Assembly: GCA_963749155.1 (NCBI GenBank)
Contig: CAVVLO010000003.1
Coordinates: 480,001 to 544,000, forward strand
Reading direction: 5' to 3'
DNA: 64,000 nucleotides
Source of the DNA: an uncultured Armatimonadia bacterium
GTDB taxonomy: Bacteria > Armatimonadota > Zipacnadia > CAVVLO01
Part shown: in pieces, positions 54,556-64,000 of the stretch
How positions within the stretch are numbered: the stretch's first letter is position 1
Layout: the number at the start of each line of letters is the position of its first letter
Position numbers and translations under genes: made by a program
Notes under the pieces: model-generated
What the model was told of the DNA's origin: nothing
Databases searched by the model: none
Seen by the model: only the letters and a program-made list of their open reading frames with translations

Positions 54556-55133
54556 ATACGACCAGCGTAGTGCTCGCCGGGGTCGGCGGGCAAGGCATCT
54601 TGCTCGCCAGTGAACTCGTGGCCAAAGCCGCGATGCTCTCGGGCTTCGACGTGAAAACTAACGAAGTACACGGGATGGCCCAGCGAGGGGGGTCGGTGCT
54701 CGCGCAGATACGCTTTGGCGAGAAGGTCCACAGCCCCCTCGTGGCCCTCGGTCAGGCCGATGTATTCGGCGCGCTCGAGGCCATTGAGGGCCTGCGCTAT
54801 GCCAACTATCTCAAAAAAGGCGGCCTTGCCGTCTGCAGCACTCAGCGTATCATCCCGGTCACCGTCTCCTCCCGGTCGGCCGTTTATCCTGACGATGTTG
54901 AAACCCGCCTGGCCGCCGTCTTCCCTCGACTGGTGCTCGTGGACGCCGCCGACTTTGCGCTCAAGCTGGGGGATCTGCGCGTCGCCAATCTGGCGGTTAT
55001 GGGTGCTCTTTCTCAAGGCCTCGACCTTCCCCAGGAGGCCTGGCAGGAAGCCATCCGAAGCAGCCTCAAAGAAAGCTTCCTTGAGATGAACCTCAAAGCC
55101 TTCGAACTCGGCAGGCAGGCGGCGAAAGGCTGA
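54552..55133 (+). CDS. iorB: Indolepyruvate:ferredoxin oxidoreductase beta subunit
   Basis: GVGGQG and EVHGMAQRGGSV; 4 bp overlap with iorA. Confidence 0.95.
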   Translation: MNTTSVVLAGVGGQGILLASELVAKAAMLSGFDVKTNEVHGMAQRGGSVLAQIRFGEKVHSPLVALGQADVFGALEAIEGLRYANYLKKGGLAVCSTQRIIPVTVSSRSAVYPDDVETRLAAVFPRLVLVDAADFALKLGDLRVANLAVMGALSQGLDLPQEAWQEAIRSSLKESFLEMNLKAFELGRQAAKG

Positions 55134-55139
55134 AAGGCA

Positions 55140-55240
55140 CAGGGGGATGTTCCCCCTGTACCCCCCGATTCGCTTCGCGCCGCAGGCCCAGTTTGGGGGT
55201 GCAGGGGCAACTCGTGAGCTTTGCTCACGCCGCCCCTGCG
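55140..55240. repeat. REP-like palindrome cluster
   Basis: CAGGGGGATGTTCCCCCTG and GCAGGGGC...GTGAGCTTTGCTCAC...GCCCCTGC, related to the 17041-17084 motif. Confidence 0.7.
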
Positions 55241-55251
55241 CTTTTCGGTCC

Positions 55252-56169
55252 TTATCTCTCTTCAAGCCACTCGTGGTAAGGTCTGGTTGTGCCATCGAGC
55301 AATACGAAAGGCATATAGCCTTCCCACGGGCGGGTGGCGTTGCAGTCGGTGCGTTCTCTGGAGCCTGTCACGAACCGCCCACTTACCATCTGCCACGCCT
55401 GCCAGCCGATGCCAAAGCGCTCGAGCGTCTCGATAGAATCCTTCGCCAGCAGTCCGCGCTCATAGTCGTCCAGCGAGCCGACGCAACATTCGGTCGCGAT
55501 GAGGGGTTTGCCGTATTCCGCAGCGATGGCAAGGTGGGCTTCACACTGGACTGTCATCTCACCGAGTTTGCGCGTATAGGGATGGAAGCTGATGACATCT
55601 ACCAGCGGCGCATAGAGGCGCACGTTATCCGTGAACATCGTCCCGATGGTGATTGGCTGGGTCGCGCGCTGACGTAGCTGGTTACTGGCCCAGGCGAGCC
55701 AGGCGAACTCCTTCAGATTGACGTCCACAGCCTCCCAGGGGGCCTGCGGCTCGTTGCACAGGTCCCAGCAGAGGATACGTTCGTCTTTACCAAAGCGGTC
55801 TGCCAGTGCTTCCACATAGGGGCGGAAGGCCCGGAAGCCGTAATCGGCCCGCAGCAGCACTTCGTTCGGCACTCCACCCGCCGGGTAGAGCTGGTCGGTC
55901 CAGCGATTGAAGAGGACGGGCATCGCCTTGAGGCCGTTTGCGTCCAGAATGCAGAGGGCTCGGTCCAGCGCGTCCAGCTTCGCGTCCCCCACTGCAAGGA
56001 AGGCGCTCCAGTCGAGCCAGAGCCGGAGGCAGTTGCTCCCAAAGCGCAGCGCCCAGGGCACCTCCCGCTCCCACACCTCGGGCTGGAAGTGGGTCCAGGT
56101 ATATTGCAGATGAGCACTGTAGCTGGGCATATAGTTGAAACCGCAGAGCTTGCTCCAGTCGTGGTCCAT
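55252..56169 (-). CDS. GH5-like (clan GH-A) glycoside hydrolase, no signal peptide
   Basis: GFNYMPS, WDLCNEP (acid/base), ISFHPY, IATE (nucleophile). Confidence 0.75.
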   Translation of the reverse strand: MDHDWSKLCGFNYMPSYSAHLQYTWTHFQPEVWEREVPWALRFGSNCLRLWLDWSAFLAVGDAKLDALDRALCILDANGLKAMPVLFNRWTDQLYPAGGVPNEVLLRADYGFRAFRPYVEALADRFGKDERILCWDLCNEPQAPWEAVDVNLKEFAWLAWASNQLRQRATQPITIGTMFTDNVRLYAPLVDVISFHPYTRKLGEMTVQCEAHLAIAAEYGKPLIATECCVGSLDDYERGLLAKDSIETLERFGIGWQAWQMVSGRFVTGSRERTDCNATRPWEGYMPFVLLDGTTRPYHEWLEER

Positions 56170-56279
56170 CTCATCGCCTCCCAGAGGCTTCGATTCGCCC
56201 TCACAGGCCTTTCTCCCTGCAGGAAGAGAGGCAGCTAGTGCGAATACCCTCCGCGAATCTGTTCCAATTGGAGGCACTT

Positions 56280-56714
56280 ATGCTTAAAGGTATCTCGCCG
56301 CTTATCAGTCCCGAGCTGCTGGAGGTGCTGGCGCGGATGGGTCACGGCGATTCAATCGTGCTGGCCGATGCGCACTTCCCTGGGGAGTCCGTCTGCAAGC
56401 GCGTCGTCCGCGCCGATGGCCTGCGCATACCCGACTTGCTGGACGCCATCCTGCCCCTGTTCGAGCTGGACAGTTATGTCGAGGCGCCGCTCGTGATGAT
56501 GGCCCCGGTGCCCGGCGATTCCCTCGATCCGACGGTGGAAGCCTCCTACCGGGCCGCGGTGGACCGCCATGCGCCCGCTACCGCGCCGATTGCGCGTATC
56601 GAGCGGTTCGAGTTCTACGAACGCGCCAAGGCGGCTTTCGCTGTCGTGATGACGGGCGAACTGGCCAAGTACGGCAACATCCTGCTAATCAAGGGAGTCA
56701 CCCCTGTCGAGTGA
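56280..56714 (+). CDS. fucU: L-fucose mutarotase (RbsD/FucU family)
   Basis: [14 protein letters not shown]...MGHGD...ADAHFP...[10 protein letters not shown]...TGE...YGN...KGV. Confidence 0.93.
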   Translation: MLKGISPLISPELLEVLARMGHGDSIVLADAHFPGESVCKRVVRADGLRIPDLLDAILPLFELDSYVEAPLVMMAPVPGDSLDPTVEASYRAAVDRHAPATAPIARIERFEFYERAKAAFAVVMTGELAKYGNILLIKGVTPVE

Positions 56715-56732
56715 CCTGAAGGAGGAAGTCCA

Positions 56733-57500
56733 ATGCTCAACCTGTCCCCTTGCGTGGAGATGTTTTGGCACGACCTGCCCTATGAGGAGCGCGCCCGTAA
56801 AGCCGCCCAACTGGGATTCAAAGCTTTTGAGTTCTGGGGTTATGGCAACAAAGACTTCGAGGCCCTGAAGCGCGTGATGGGCGAGACGGGCATCAAGCTC
56901 GCGGCTTGCGGACTGACTGGCCCTGCGACCTCCATCCTGCTGCCGGAGGGCGTTGCCGGCTTCATCCAGGCTGTGAAGGACTGCATCTCCGTCTCTGAGT
57001 CACTCGGGGTGACGACTTTCATCGTGACGACAGGCAACGAACTGGAAGGGGTCCCGCGGGAGCTTCAGCGCGCGGCCCTGGTCGGTTGCCTCGAAGCGGG
57101 CGCGCCCGTGGCCGAGGATGCGGGCCTGACGCTGGTGCTGGAGCCGCTCAACCTGCTCGTAGACCACGCCGGCTATTATCTTGCTTCCAGCTACGAGGGG
57201 TTCGAGATAATTGGTGAGGTGGGCAGCCCGGCCGTGAAGCTGCTTTATGACATCTACCACCAGCAGATAACGGAAGGGAATCTGGTGCCGCACTTCCTGG
57301 CCGAGATCGACAAGGTGGGCCATTTCCACTCGGCCAACCACCCGGGGCGCTTCGAGCTTTCCAACGGTGAGATCAACTACCCCTATGTGCTCGGGGCAAT
57401 CAGAGACAGCTCCTATACCGGCTATGTGGGAATGGAATACCGCGTGAGCGACCCCGCCCGCGCGGACGAACTTGTCGCCGAGGCGCTGAGCCTGGCGTAA
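56733..57500 (+). CDS. Hydroxypyruvate isomerase-family TIM barrel protein
   Basis: LEPLN...DHAGY, LLYDIYHQQITEGN, HFH...PGRFE...GEINY. Confidence 0.85.
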   Translation: MLNLSPCVEMFWHDLPYEERARKAAQLGFKAFEFWGYGNKDFEALKRVMGETGIKLAACGLTGPATSILLPEGVAGFIQAVKDCISVSESLGVTTFIVTTGNELEGVPRELQRAALVGCLEAGAPVAEDAGLTLVLEPLNLLVDHAGYYLASSYEGFEIIGEVGSPAVKLLYDIYHQQITEGNLVPHFLAEIDKVGHFHSANHPGRFELSNGEINYPYVLGAIRDSSYTGYVGMEYRVSDPARADELVAEALSLA

Positions 57501-57510
57501 GGCAACTAAC

Positions 57511-58018
57511 GGGGTGCAGGGGCAAATTGCCCCTGCGGTTTTCGGCTCTGATTCCAGGGCTTGAGGAAAGGCGCGAGGTTGGTGTTTCGGTGGCTTCGTC
57601 TCGAAACCGGCCATGGCCTCTCGGCACGTCGTAGGGGCGGGTCTGAGACCCGCCCTGTCTTTACGTTTGTTTATCAGCAATTGGCTGGTTTCGGCCCTGA
57701 AGAGACCGAAACACCAGCCGCGAGAACCTCGCCGATGCTCGATTCACTCGGTAAAAGTGCGGGGCGCAGGGGTATTACCCCTGCACCCCGTATTGGGAAG
57801 AGGTTGGTGTTTCGGTGGCTTCGTCTCGAAACCGGCCATGGCCTCTCGGCACTTCGTAGGGGCGGGTCTGAGACCCGCCCTGTCTTTACGTTTGTTTATC
57901 AGCAATTGGCTGGTTTCGGCCCTGAAGAGACCGAAACACCAGCCAGGAGAACTCGCAGATGCTCGATTCACTCGGTAAAAATGCGGGGTGCAGGGGACGC
58001 GCCCTTGCACCCCGTCTG
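57511..58018. repeat. REP-like mosaic with a 225-bp tandem duplication
   Basis: Units start at 57575 and 57800; each contains GTAGGGGCGGGTCTGAGACCCGCCCT and GGTGTTTCG...CGAAACC hairpins. Confidence 0.9.
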
Positions 58019-58043
58019 GGTCAGACTCCACTTATTGTTTAGG

Positions 58044-58472
58044 TTAGTTCCACGGCCAGGGCAAGTCGCGGTCGTCATCATCATCGTCGTCCCGGTCGTC
58101 CCAGGGCCAGTCGTCATCATCGCTGTCATCGTAGCTGCGAGGCGTATAGTTTGGCAGTGTGCGAGCCTCGACGAACTTCAGGGTACGGGCATCGAACTGA
58201 TAAACCGCGCCGCCCCGGATGAGATAGAGATAACGCTCATTGGAAGTTGCGATGACGTTGCCGCTGTTCCAGGCAGGCCCGCCATAGGGATTGTTCCCCT
58301 TGCCCTGAGTGAGCACCAGGGGCGCCTGGTCGCTTGTCACCGAAGCCAGCATCGCCATTCCTTGCAGGTCGGCTTTGGCTGAGTGCGAGGCCTGATACTT
58401 GCCTCCATACCAGGCTCCGACAGCCACGAAAAGCAACACTACAGCAAATATCAAAAGAGTCTTCTTTTGCAT
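58044..58472 (-). CDS. Small exported/membrane protein with Asp-rich, WPW-containing tail
   Basis: RBS GAGGTGGAG, N-terminal TM, tail DDSDDDDWPWDDRDDDDDDDRDLPWPWN. Confidence 0.7.
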   Translation of the reverse strand: MQKKTLLIFAVVLLFVAVGAWYGGKYQASHSAKADLQGMAMLASVTSDQAPLVLTQGKGNNPYGGPAWNSGNVIATSNERYLYLIRGGAVYQFDARTLKFVEARTLPNYTPRSYDDSDDDDWPWDDRDDDDDDDRDLPWPWN

Positions 58473-58599
58473 CTTGCTCCACCTCTTTATGCGGTAACCC
58501 CGTTGCCTGGCTTTTACGCAAACACAGGGTCGGCCGCTTGGCTCTGTTGATCTAGGATACCCAGTTTGGGGAAGGTAATATCAGGTTGATGATATGCCA

Positions 58600-58830
58600 G
58601 TTTCCGGTTTCGGGAGCAGAGACTCCCGAAACACGCGGAGAGTGAGGTCTATTCGCTCTTGATGGCGCAGAAGGGTGCAAGGGTGGAACCCTTGCACCAT
58701 CGAAGGGAGGGGCGCAGCAAGCTCCCGAAACACGCGGAGAGGCAATCCTGGCTGGTGTTTCGGCGGCTTCAGCCCCGAAACCAGCCAAGGCTCTGTGTGA
58801 GGAGGCTGGGCGGGTCTGAGATTCGCTCCC
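58600..58830. repeat. REP-like palindrome cluster
   Basis: GGGTGCAAGGGTGGAACCCTTGCACC, GGCTGGTGTTTCGG...CCGAAACCAGCC, degenerate GGGCGGGTCTGAGA. Confidence 0.8.
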
Positions 58831-60413
58831 TTACCCAAGCTCCGAGGCCGCGCACCGCTCGAGCAGCGGGTGAGAGAGGCTCTCCATCCAGTCCAGCAAC
58901 TCCTGGCGCAGTTTTTTCGCCTGAGGCAGATGACGCGCGCGGTCTGGATTTGTCCCTAGCAGGTTGTTTACCTCATGCGGATCGGCCTCGAGGTCGAAAA
59001 GCAGGTCTGGCGCCTTGTCATGGGGGTACCAGACATACTTCCACTCGTGGGAGGCGATCAGGCTCCAGCGCGCCGGCTCTGCCCAGCCCAGCTCGGAGAA
59101 GGTATACTCCGTGCGCCCGTCGCGTCGGCCCTCGATCAGTGGTCGCAGGCTCTGGCCGTCCATCTCCCCCGCCGCAATCCCCAGATAATCCATCACCGTT
59201 GCGGGGATATCCACCGTGTTCACAGGCTGATCTATGACTGTCCCGGCGGGGATGACGCCCGGCAGCCGCATTAGCAGCGGCACGCGGACGGATTCCTGAT
59301 ACGGGACGAACTTCTGCGTCAGCCCGTGGTCGCCGAGTTGCTCGCCGTGGTCCGCGCAGAAGACGACCAGCGTCCTGTCGGCGATGCCAAGGTCATCCAG
59401 CGCGCGCAGGATGCGCCCAACCTGGAAATCCACCTCGGCAATCAGCTCGAAATACCGCGCGCGGAAGAGCTTCATATTGCGCAGCTCTACCTCGTCGAGT
59501 TGCCAGTTGTTTTGAACATAAAGCGTATTGGCCCGGTCGTGGTGCATCGTTGCAGGCAGGTCCATTGCATCCGGAGAGATACTTCCCGCGAACTGCTCGG
59601 GCACGTACCAGGGATGATGCGGCGAGAGGAAGGCCGCTGTAATCGAGAAAGGCTCTCCCGCAGAGCGCCTGATGGCCTCGACGGCTGTCTCCCCCGTCCA
59701 GCCAGTGAAGGTATGGCGAGTCGGCAACGAGTAGACGCCATACTGGCAGTTGAACTGGGCATGCGGAGTATCCTTGAGTTCCTCCTGGGTCAGGTCCATC
59801 GTGTAGGGGCGGCCGGAGATGATACTTTTACCTTCTCCGGAACCAGGCGGACGGGCAGGCCCGAGGATATGGTCCAGGTGGCGCTGATAAGGCGCAGCAA
59901 ACTTTTCGGAGACCTCGTTCGCGTAGCAATCGGTCAGGCTGAGATGACCGTGCCAGCGCCCGTGATACTCGGTATGGTAGCCCTGACGAGCCAGTTGCTG
60001 GTCATAGCTGCCAGCGCGGAAGTCGCAGTCTGCAGCATCGATTTTCGTGTTTATGGTGCAACCGCTGGTGTGGACCGTCTGACCCGAATGGAAGCAACTG
60101 CGGGCGGGGACGCATTCTGGCTGCGGCGTGAAGGCATAGGAGAAGCGCACTCCCTCGCGCGCGAGGCGGTCAAGGTTCGGCGTGTGGACATAGGGACTGC
60201 CCGCGCAGCTCAGCGCGTCGGCGCGCTGCTGGTCGGTGTTGATGAAGAGGACGTTCAAGCGGCCCAGCTCCTTCTTTCGACAGACCCTGCTGCCGAAGCG
60301 AGCGCATCCGGCAGGATGGTCATCCCGAGGGCAAGCCCTCCAAGCCCCGCCAGCCCTCGCGTTAGGAGTTCTTTCCGAGTGATGTCACGCCCTGCACCTG
60401 TTGCAGCCCTCAT
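58831..60413 (-). CDS. Sulfatase (S1) with Tat-like leader; frameshift near 60260
   Basis: NVLFINTDQQR, CVPARSCFHSG, ADHGE. The upstream frame has MRAATGAGRDITRKELLTRGLAGLGGLALG...ALA after a GGAGG RBS. Confidence 0.85.
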
Positions 60414-60539
60414 CGCTGCACCTCCCTTGTTCGGAGAAGACTTCGGCACAGGATGCGCATCTCCCCCCTCGGCTGCTGTTTTGGGAGATGTATCGGGAAC
60501 TTGTTCCCGATACATGCGGCTTAGGCTGATCCAGCAGAA

Positions 60540-61105
60540 AGCTGGGCGGGTCTCAGACCCGCCCCTGCATAAAGCGAAAGACCAACCCCTCGGCTGGTGT
60601 TTCGGGTTCCTGACCGAAGGTCAGGCATCTGCTCACGAAACCAGCCAAGTATATCAGATAAAAGCTGGGCGGGTCTCAGACCCGCCCCTACTCTCGATGG
60701 TGCAGGGATCTTATCCCTGCACCTCGTTAACTGTTCGACTTGGGTGCAAGGGTAGAACCCTTGCACCATCGAGGCTAGTTACCGAGCGTACAAGCGAAAA
60801 GCGCTGGGGCAGGGGCAAGACCTACCCCCGGCTGGTGTTTCGGGTTCCTGACCGAAGGTCAGGCCTCTGCTCACGAAACCAGCCAAGGATCTCTGAAAAA
60901 GCTGGGCGGGTCTCAGATCCGCCCCTACTCTCGATGGTGCAGGGATCTGTATCCCTGCACCTCGTTAACTGTTCGACTTGGGTGCAAGGGTAGAACCCTT
61001 GCACCATCGAGGCTAGTTACCGAGCGTAGAAGCGAAAAGCGCTGGGGCAGGGGCAAGACTTACTCCCGGCTGGTGTTTCGGCGGCTTCAGAACCAAAATC
61101 AGCCT
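60540..61105. repeat. REP-like mosaic with a 238-bp tandem duplication
   Basis: Units start at 60592 and 60830, with a partial third at 61068; same palindrome families as at 57511-58018. Confidence 0.9.
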
Positions 61106-61536
61106 TTGAAAAAATCTTTTGTAAATTCTCAGCAACCAATCCGCCAATTTTGGCTTTCTGGCACGCTTCTTGTGTAGATATAAGCCCCGGGTGGGAGGGG
61201 GTTTGGGATGGGATTTTGAGAGGTTTTCGTCCAGATTTGGCAACGCTTTCGATACAAGCTGTTAGCGAGATCGCTAGCGGCCCCGAAGATTTCTCATCTG
61301 GTGCTAGTCAGAACGCCTTCGATACAAGCTGGTAGCGAGCTGCTAACGGTTCTACCAGGGGACAAAGAAAAACTCCAGAAGCGATGTAAGCGAAATCCTC
61401 GAGTCGTCACTGCAGCTCCGTTTGGCGCCACTTGAGCCACCCCAGGCAGGAATCTCCCTCCTTTGCGCCAACAATTCTAGGCTTAAAAAGGCAGAAAGCG
61501 GCGCTCCAGAACCGCTCTATAAAGGTGGAGAGGCAG

Positions 61537-64000
61537 ATGAACAGGTTCCTCAAAACGATAAAGACCCTTTGGATGCTTTCGATGCTTCTGGTTGGGCTTG
61601 CAGGATTGACCTGCTATGTGATGGCCGCTGAGCTACTCCCCTATCAGGATCCCTCCCAGCCTGAGGCCAGGCGCGTAGCTGACCTGCTGGGCAGGATGAC
61701 GCTTGAGGAGAAGTTCAGCCAGATGGGTCATAGCGCACCAGCTATCGACCGGCTGGGTATCGCCGCTCACAACTGGTGGAGCGAAGGCCTCCACGGGGTG
61801 CTGACGGGCGGTATCACGGTCTTCCCGCAGGCAATCGGGATGGCCAGCACCTGGAATCCAGAGCTCATCCACGAGGTCGCGACCGCCATCTCGGATGAGG
61901 CGCGAGTGAAGCATATGCAGGGCGCTGTCGGCCTGACCTTCTGGAGTCCAGTCATCAATATCGGGCGAGACCCGCGCTGGGGGCGCACTGAGGAAGGCTA
62001 CGGCGAGGATGTCTATCTGACTTCGCGGATCGCCGTCGCCTTCGTAAAAGGCTTCCAGGGAGACGATCCGCGTTATCTCAAGCTGGTCTCCACTCCCAAG
62101 CATTTTGCCGCCAATAATGAGGAATACAGGCGCGCTAATGGTTCTTCGACCGTGGATGAGCGCTCGCTTAGAGAGTATTACTTCCCAGCTTTCAAGACCT
62201 GTATTACTGAAGCGGGCGCCCAGTCGGTTATGTCAGCTTACAATGGCCTGAATGGCGTCCCTTGCACAGGCAACGAGTGGCTGCTTACCGAGGTGCTGCG
62301 CAAGGAATGGGGCTTCGATGGGTATGTGGTGTCGGACTGCGATGCCGTAGGGCTTATCCGCGATGGCCATCATTATGTGGCCACCCACGCAGAAGCCGCG
62401 GCGATGGCCCTTAAGGCAGGCTGCGACCTTAACTGCGGATCGACTTATCAGACCTCCCTCCACGAGGCGCTAGCTCAGGGGTTGATAACGGAAGCCGACC
62501 TCGATCGCGCGCTTGGGCGTCTGATGGCAGCCCGATTCAGGCTTGGGATGTTCGATCCGCCCGAACTGGTCCCCTATACGCGTATCTCGCCGGACGTCGT
62601 TGGCTCAAAACAGCATGTAGAACTGGCCCGAGAGACGGCGCGACAGTCCATCGTGCTGCTTAAGAACGACCCGCTACCTGCTACCGGCAAGCCCTTGCTT
62701 CCCCTCGACCCGAAAAAGCTCAAATCGGTGGCGGTGCTCGGGCCTAACGCAGCGGTATGCCGGTTCGGGGGTTACAGCGGCAGTCCGCTCAATCCCCCTG
62801 TCTCCCCACTTGATGGCATCAAGGCCGCCGCTGAGGGCAAGTTCGCTGTGAATTACGTCTCCTACTCGCTGGAGGAGGTCATCCCCACCGAGTATCTGCG
62901 TCCTGCCGAGGGTGAGGGCCAGGGGCTTACGGGGCATTACTTCGACAACAGCGAGCTGGCAGGGCAACCGGTGCTTGTCCGCCTCGATGCCAAAGTCGAC
63001 TTTATGTGGGGCGATGGTTCTCCGGATGCGAAAATCAAAAACGACAACTATTCGGCGCGCTGGACTGGCAAGCTGATTGCTCCGCGTTCTGGAGTCTATC
63101 GCCTGGGCGCGACGACCGATGATGGCGTGCGCTTGTGGCTCGATGGCAAGCTTCTTGTCGACCAATGGCACGAGCGCGGCGCCGCCACTGATCTGGCCAG
63201 CGTCACCCTCGAGGCCGGCCAGAGTTATGACTTGCGGATGGACTACTACGAAGCCGGCGGGACAACCGCTGCCAGGCTGGTCTGGGTGATGCCCAATCAG
63301 GCCCAGCCCGATGTCAGCCAGGACGATGTAAGCATCGTGGTGCTTGGCCTCGACAGCAGTATTGAGGCGGAAGGCAACGACCGCGAGACTCTAGGTCTGC
63401 CCGAAGACCAGGAGGCCTACATCAAGACTGTAGTCGCCTCCAATCCGCGCACGGTCGTGGTACTGGTGGCCGGCAGCCCCGTCGCCATCAACTGGATCAA
63501 AGACTCACGTGCCGGCGGTCATCCAGGCCTGGTACCCAGGCGAGCAGGGCGGCAACGCCATCGCGGACGTGCTGTTTGGGAAATACAATCCCGCCGGCAG
63601 ACTGCCGATGACCTGCTATCGGTCGCTCTCGCAGCTCCCACCTTTTGATGACTACGATGTCACGAAGGGGCGCACGTATATGTACCTCGAGAAGTCGCCC
63701 CTCTTCCCCTTCGGCCATGGGCTGAGCTACACCAGTTTTGCCTATTCCAACTTGAAAGTAAGCCCGAAGACCACTTCGGCGACCGGCACGGTGAAGGTAA
63801 GCCTGGACGTAACCAATGTCGGCGACCGCGACGGCGATGAGGTGGTGCAGCTCTACACGCACGATGTGGAATCGAGCGTGAAGCAGCCTCTCAAGCAACT
63901 CAGGAGCTTCCAGCGCCTCTCCCTGCGGAAGGGCGAGACTCGCCGAGTGACCTTCAACCTGGCCGCGGCTGACCTCACCTACTGGGATGTAGATAAGGAT
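61537..64000 (+). CDS. GH3 beta-glucosidase/beta-xylosidase with PA14 insert; frameshift near 63510; runs off the window
   Basis: WWSEGLHG, RDPRWGRTEEGYGED, KHF, VVSDC and a PA14 domain. The shifted frame has QAWYPGEQGG, PFGHGLSY and DEVVQLY. Confidence 0.93.

Noticed and set aside
57561..58382. 273 aa ORF with an internal repeat
   Set aside because: Read-through of the duplicated palindrome cluster and antisense to the 58044-58472 gene.
57511..61105. Palindrome clusters as CRISPR arrays, attC cassette sites or IS elements
   Set aside because: No repeat-spacer periodicity, and no integrase, transposase or cas gene in the window; REP-like mosaics explain them better.
1..64000. rRNA, tRNA or riboswitch
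   Set aside because: None recognised by eye; a covariance-model search (Infernal/Rfam, tRNAscan-SE) would be needed to exclude them.

Overview
GC-rich bacterial chromosomal segment (phylum not determinable from sequence alone), dominated by glycan and sulfate-ester catabolism: GH78, GH29, GH4, GH3-PA14, GH5-like, apiosidase-like and sialidase-like proteins, three sulfatases, fucU, several large uncharacterised secreted CAZyme-like proteins, three URO-D/MtaA-like proteins, a YeeE/YedE plus MBL-rhodanese sulfur cassette and iorAB. Many otherwise ordinary genes are split by small indels, which looks like long-read consensus error, so frameshift calls need caution. The most unusual parts are: (1) three tandem, highly divergent membrane-anchored serpin-like genes with variable reactive-loop regions, the last of which is missing from the ORF track; (2) two AT-richer surface-protein loci that share a conserved C-terminal TM+KLRKR tail and terminator, and carry poly-G tracts at positions typical of phase variation (a promoter spacer and a signal-peptide coding region); (3) a ~2 kb three-module pentapeptide-repeat gene flanked by direct-repeat palindromes; (4) mosaic REP-like palindrome clusters; (5) a TIR protein with a possible second, degenerate N-terminal TIR. 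I recognised no rRNA, tRNA, cas gene, integrase, transposase or reverse transcriptase.
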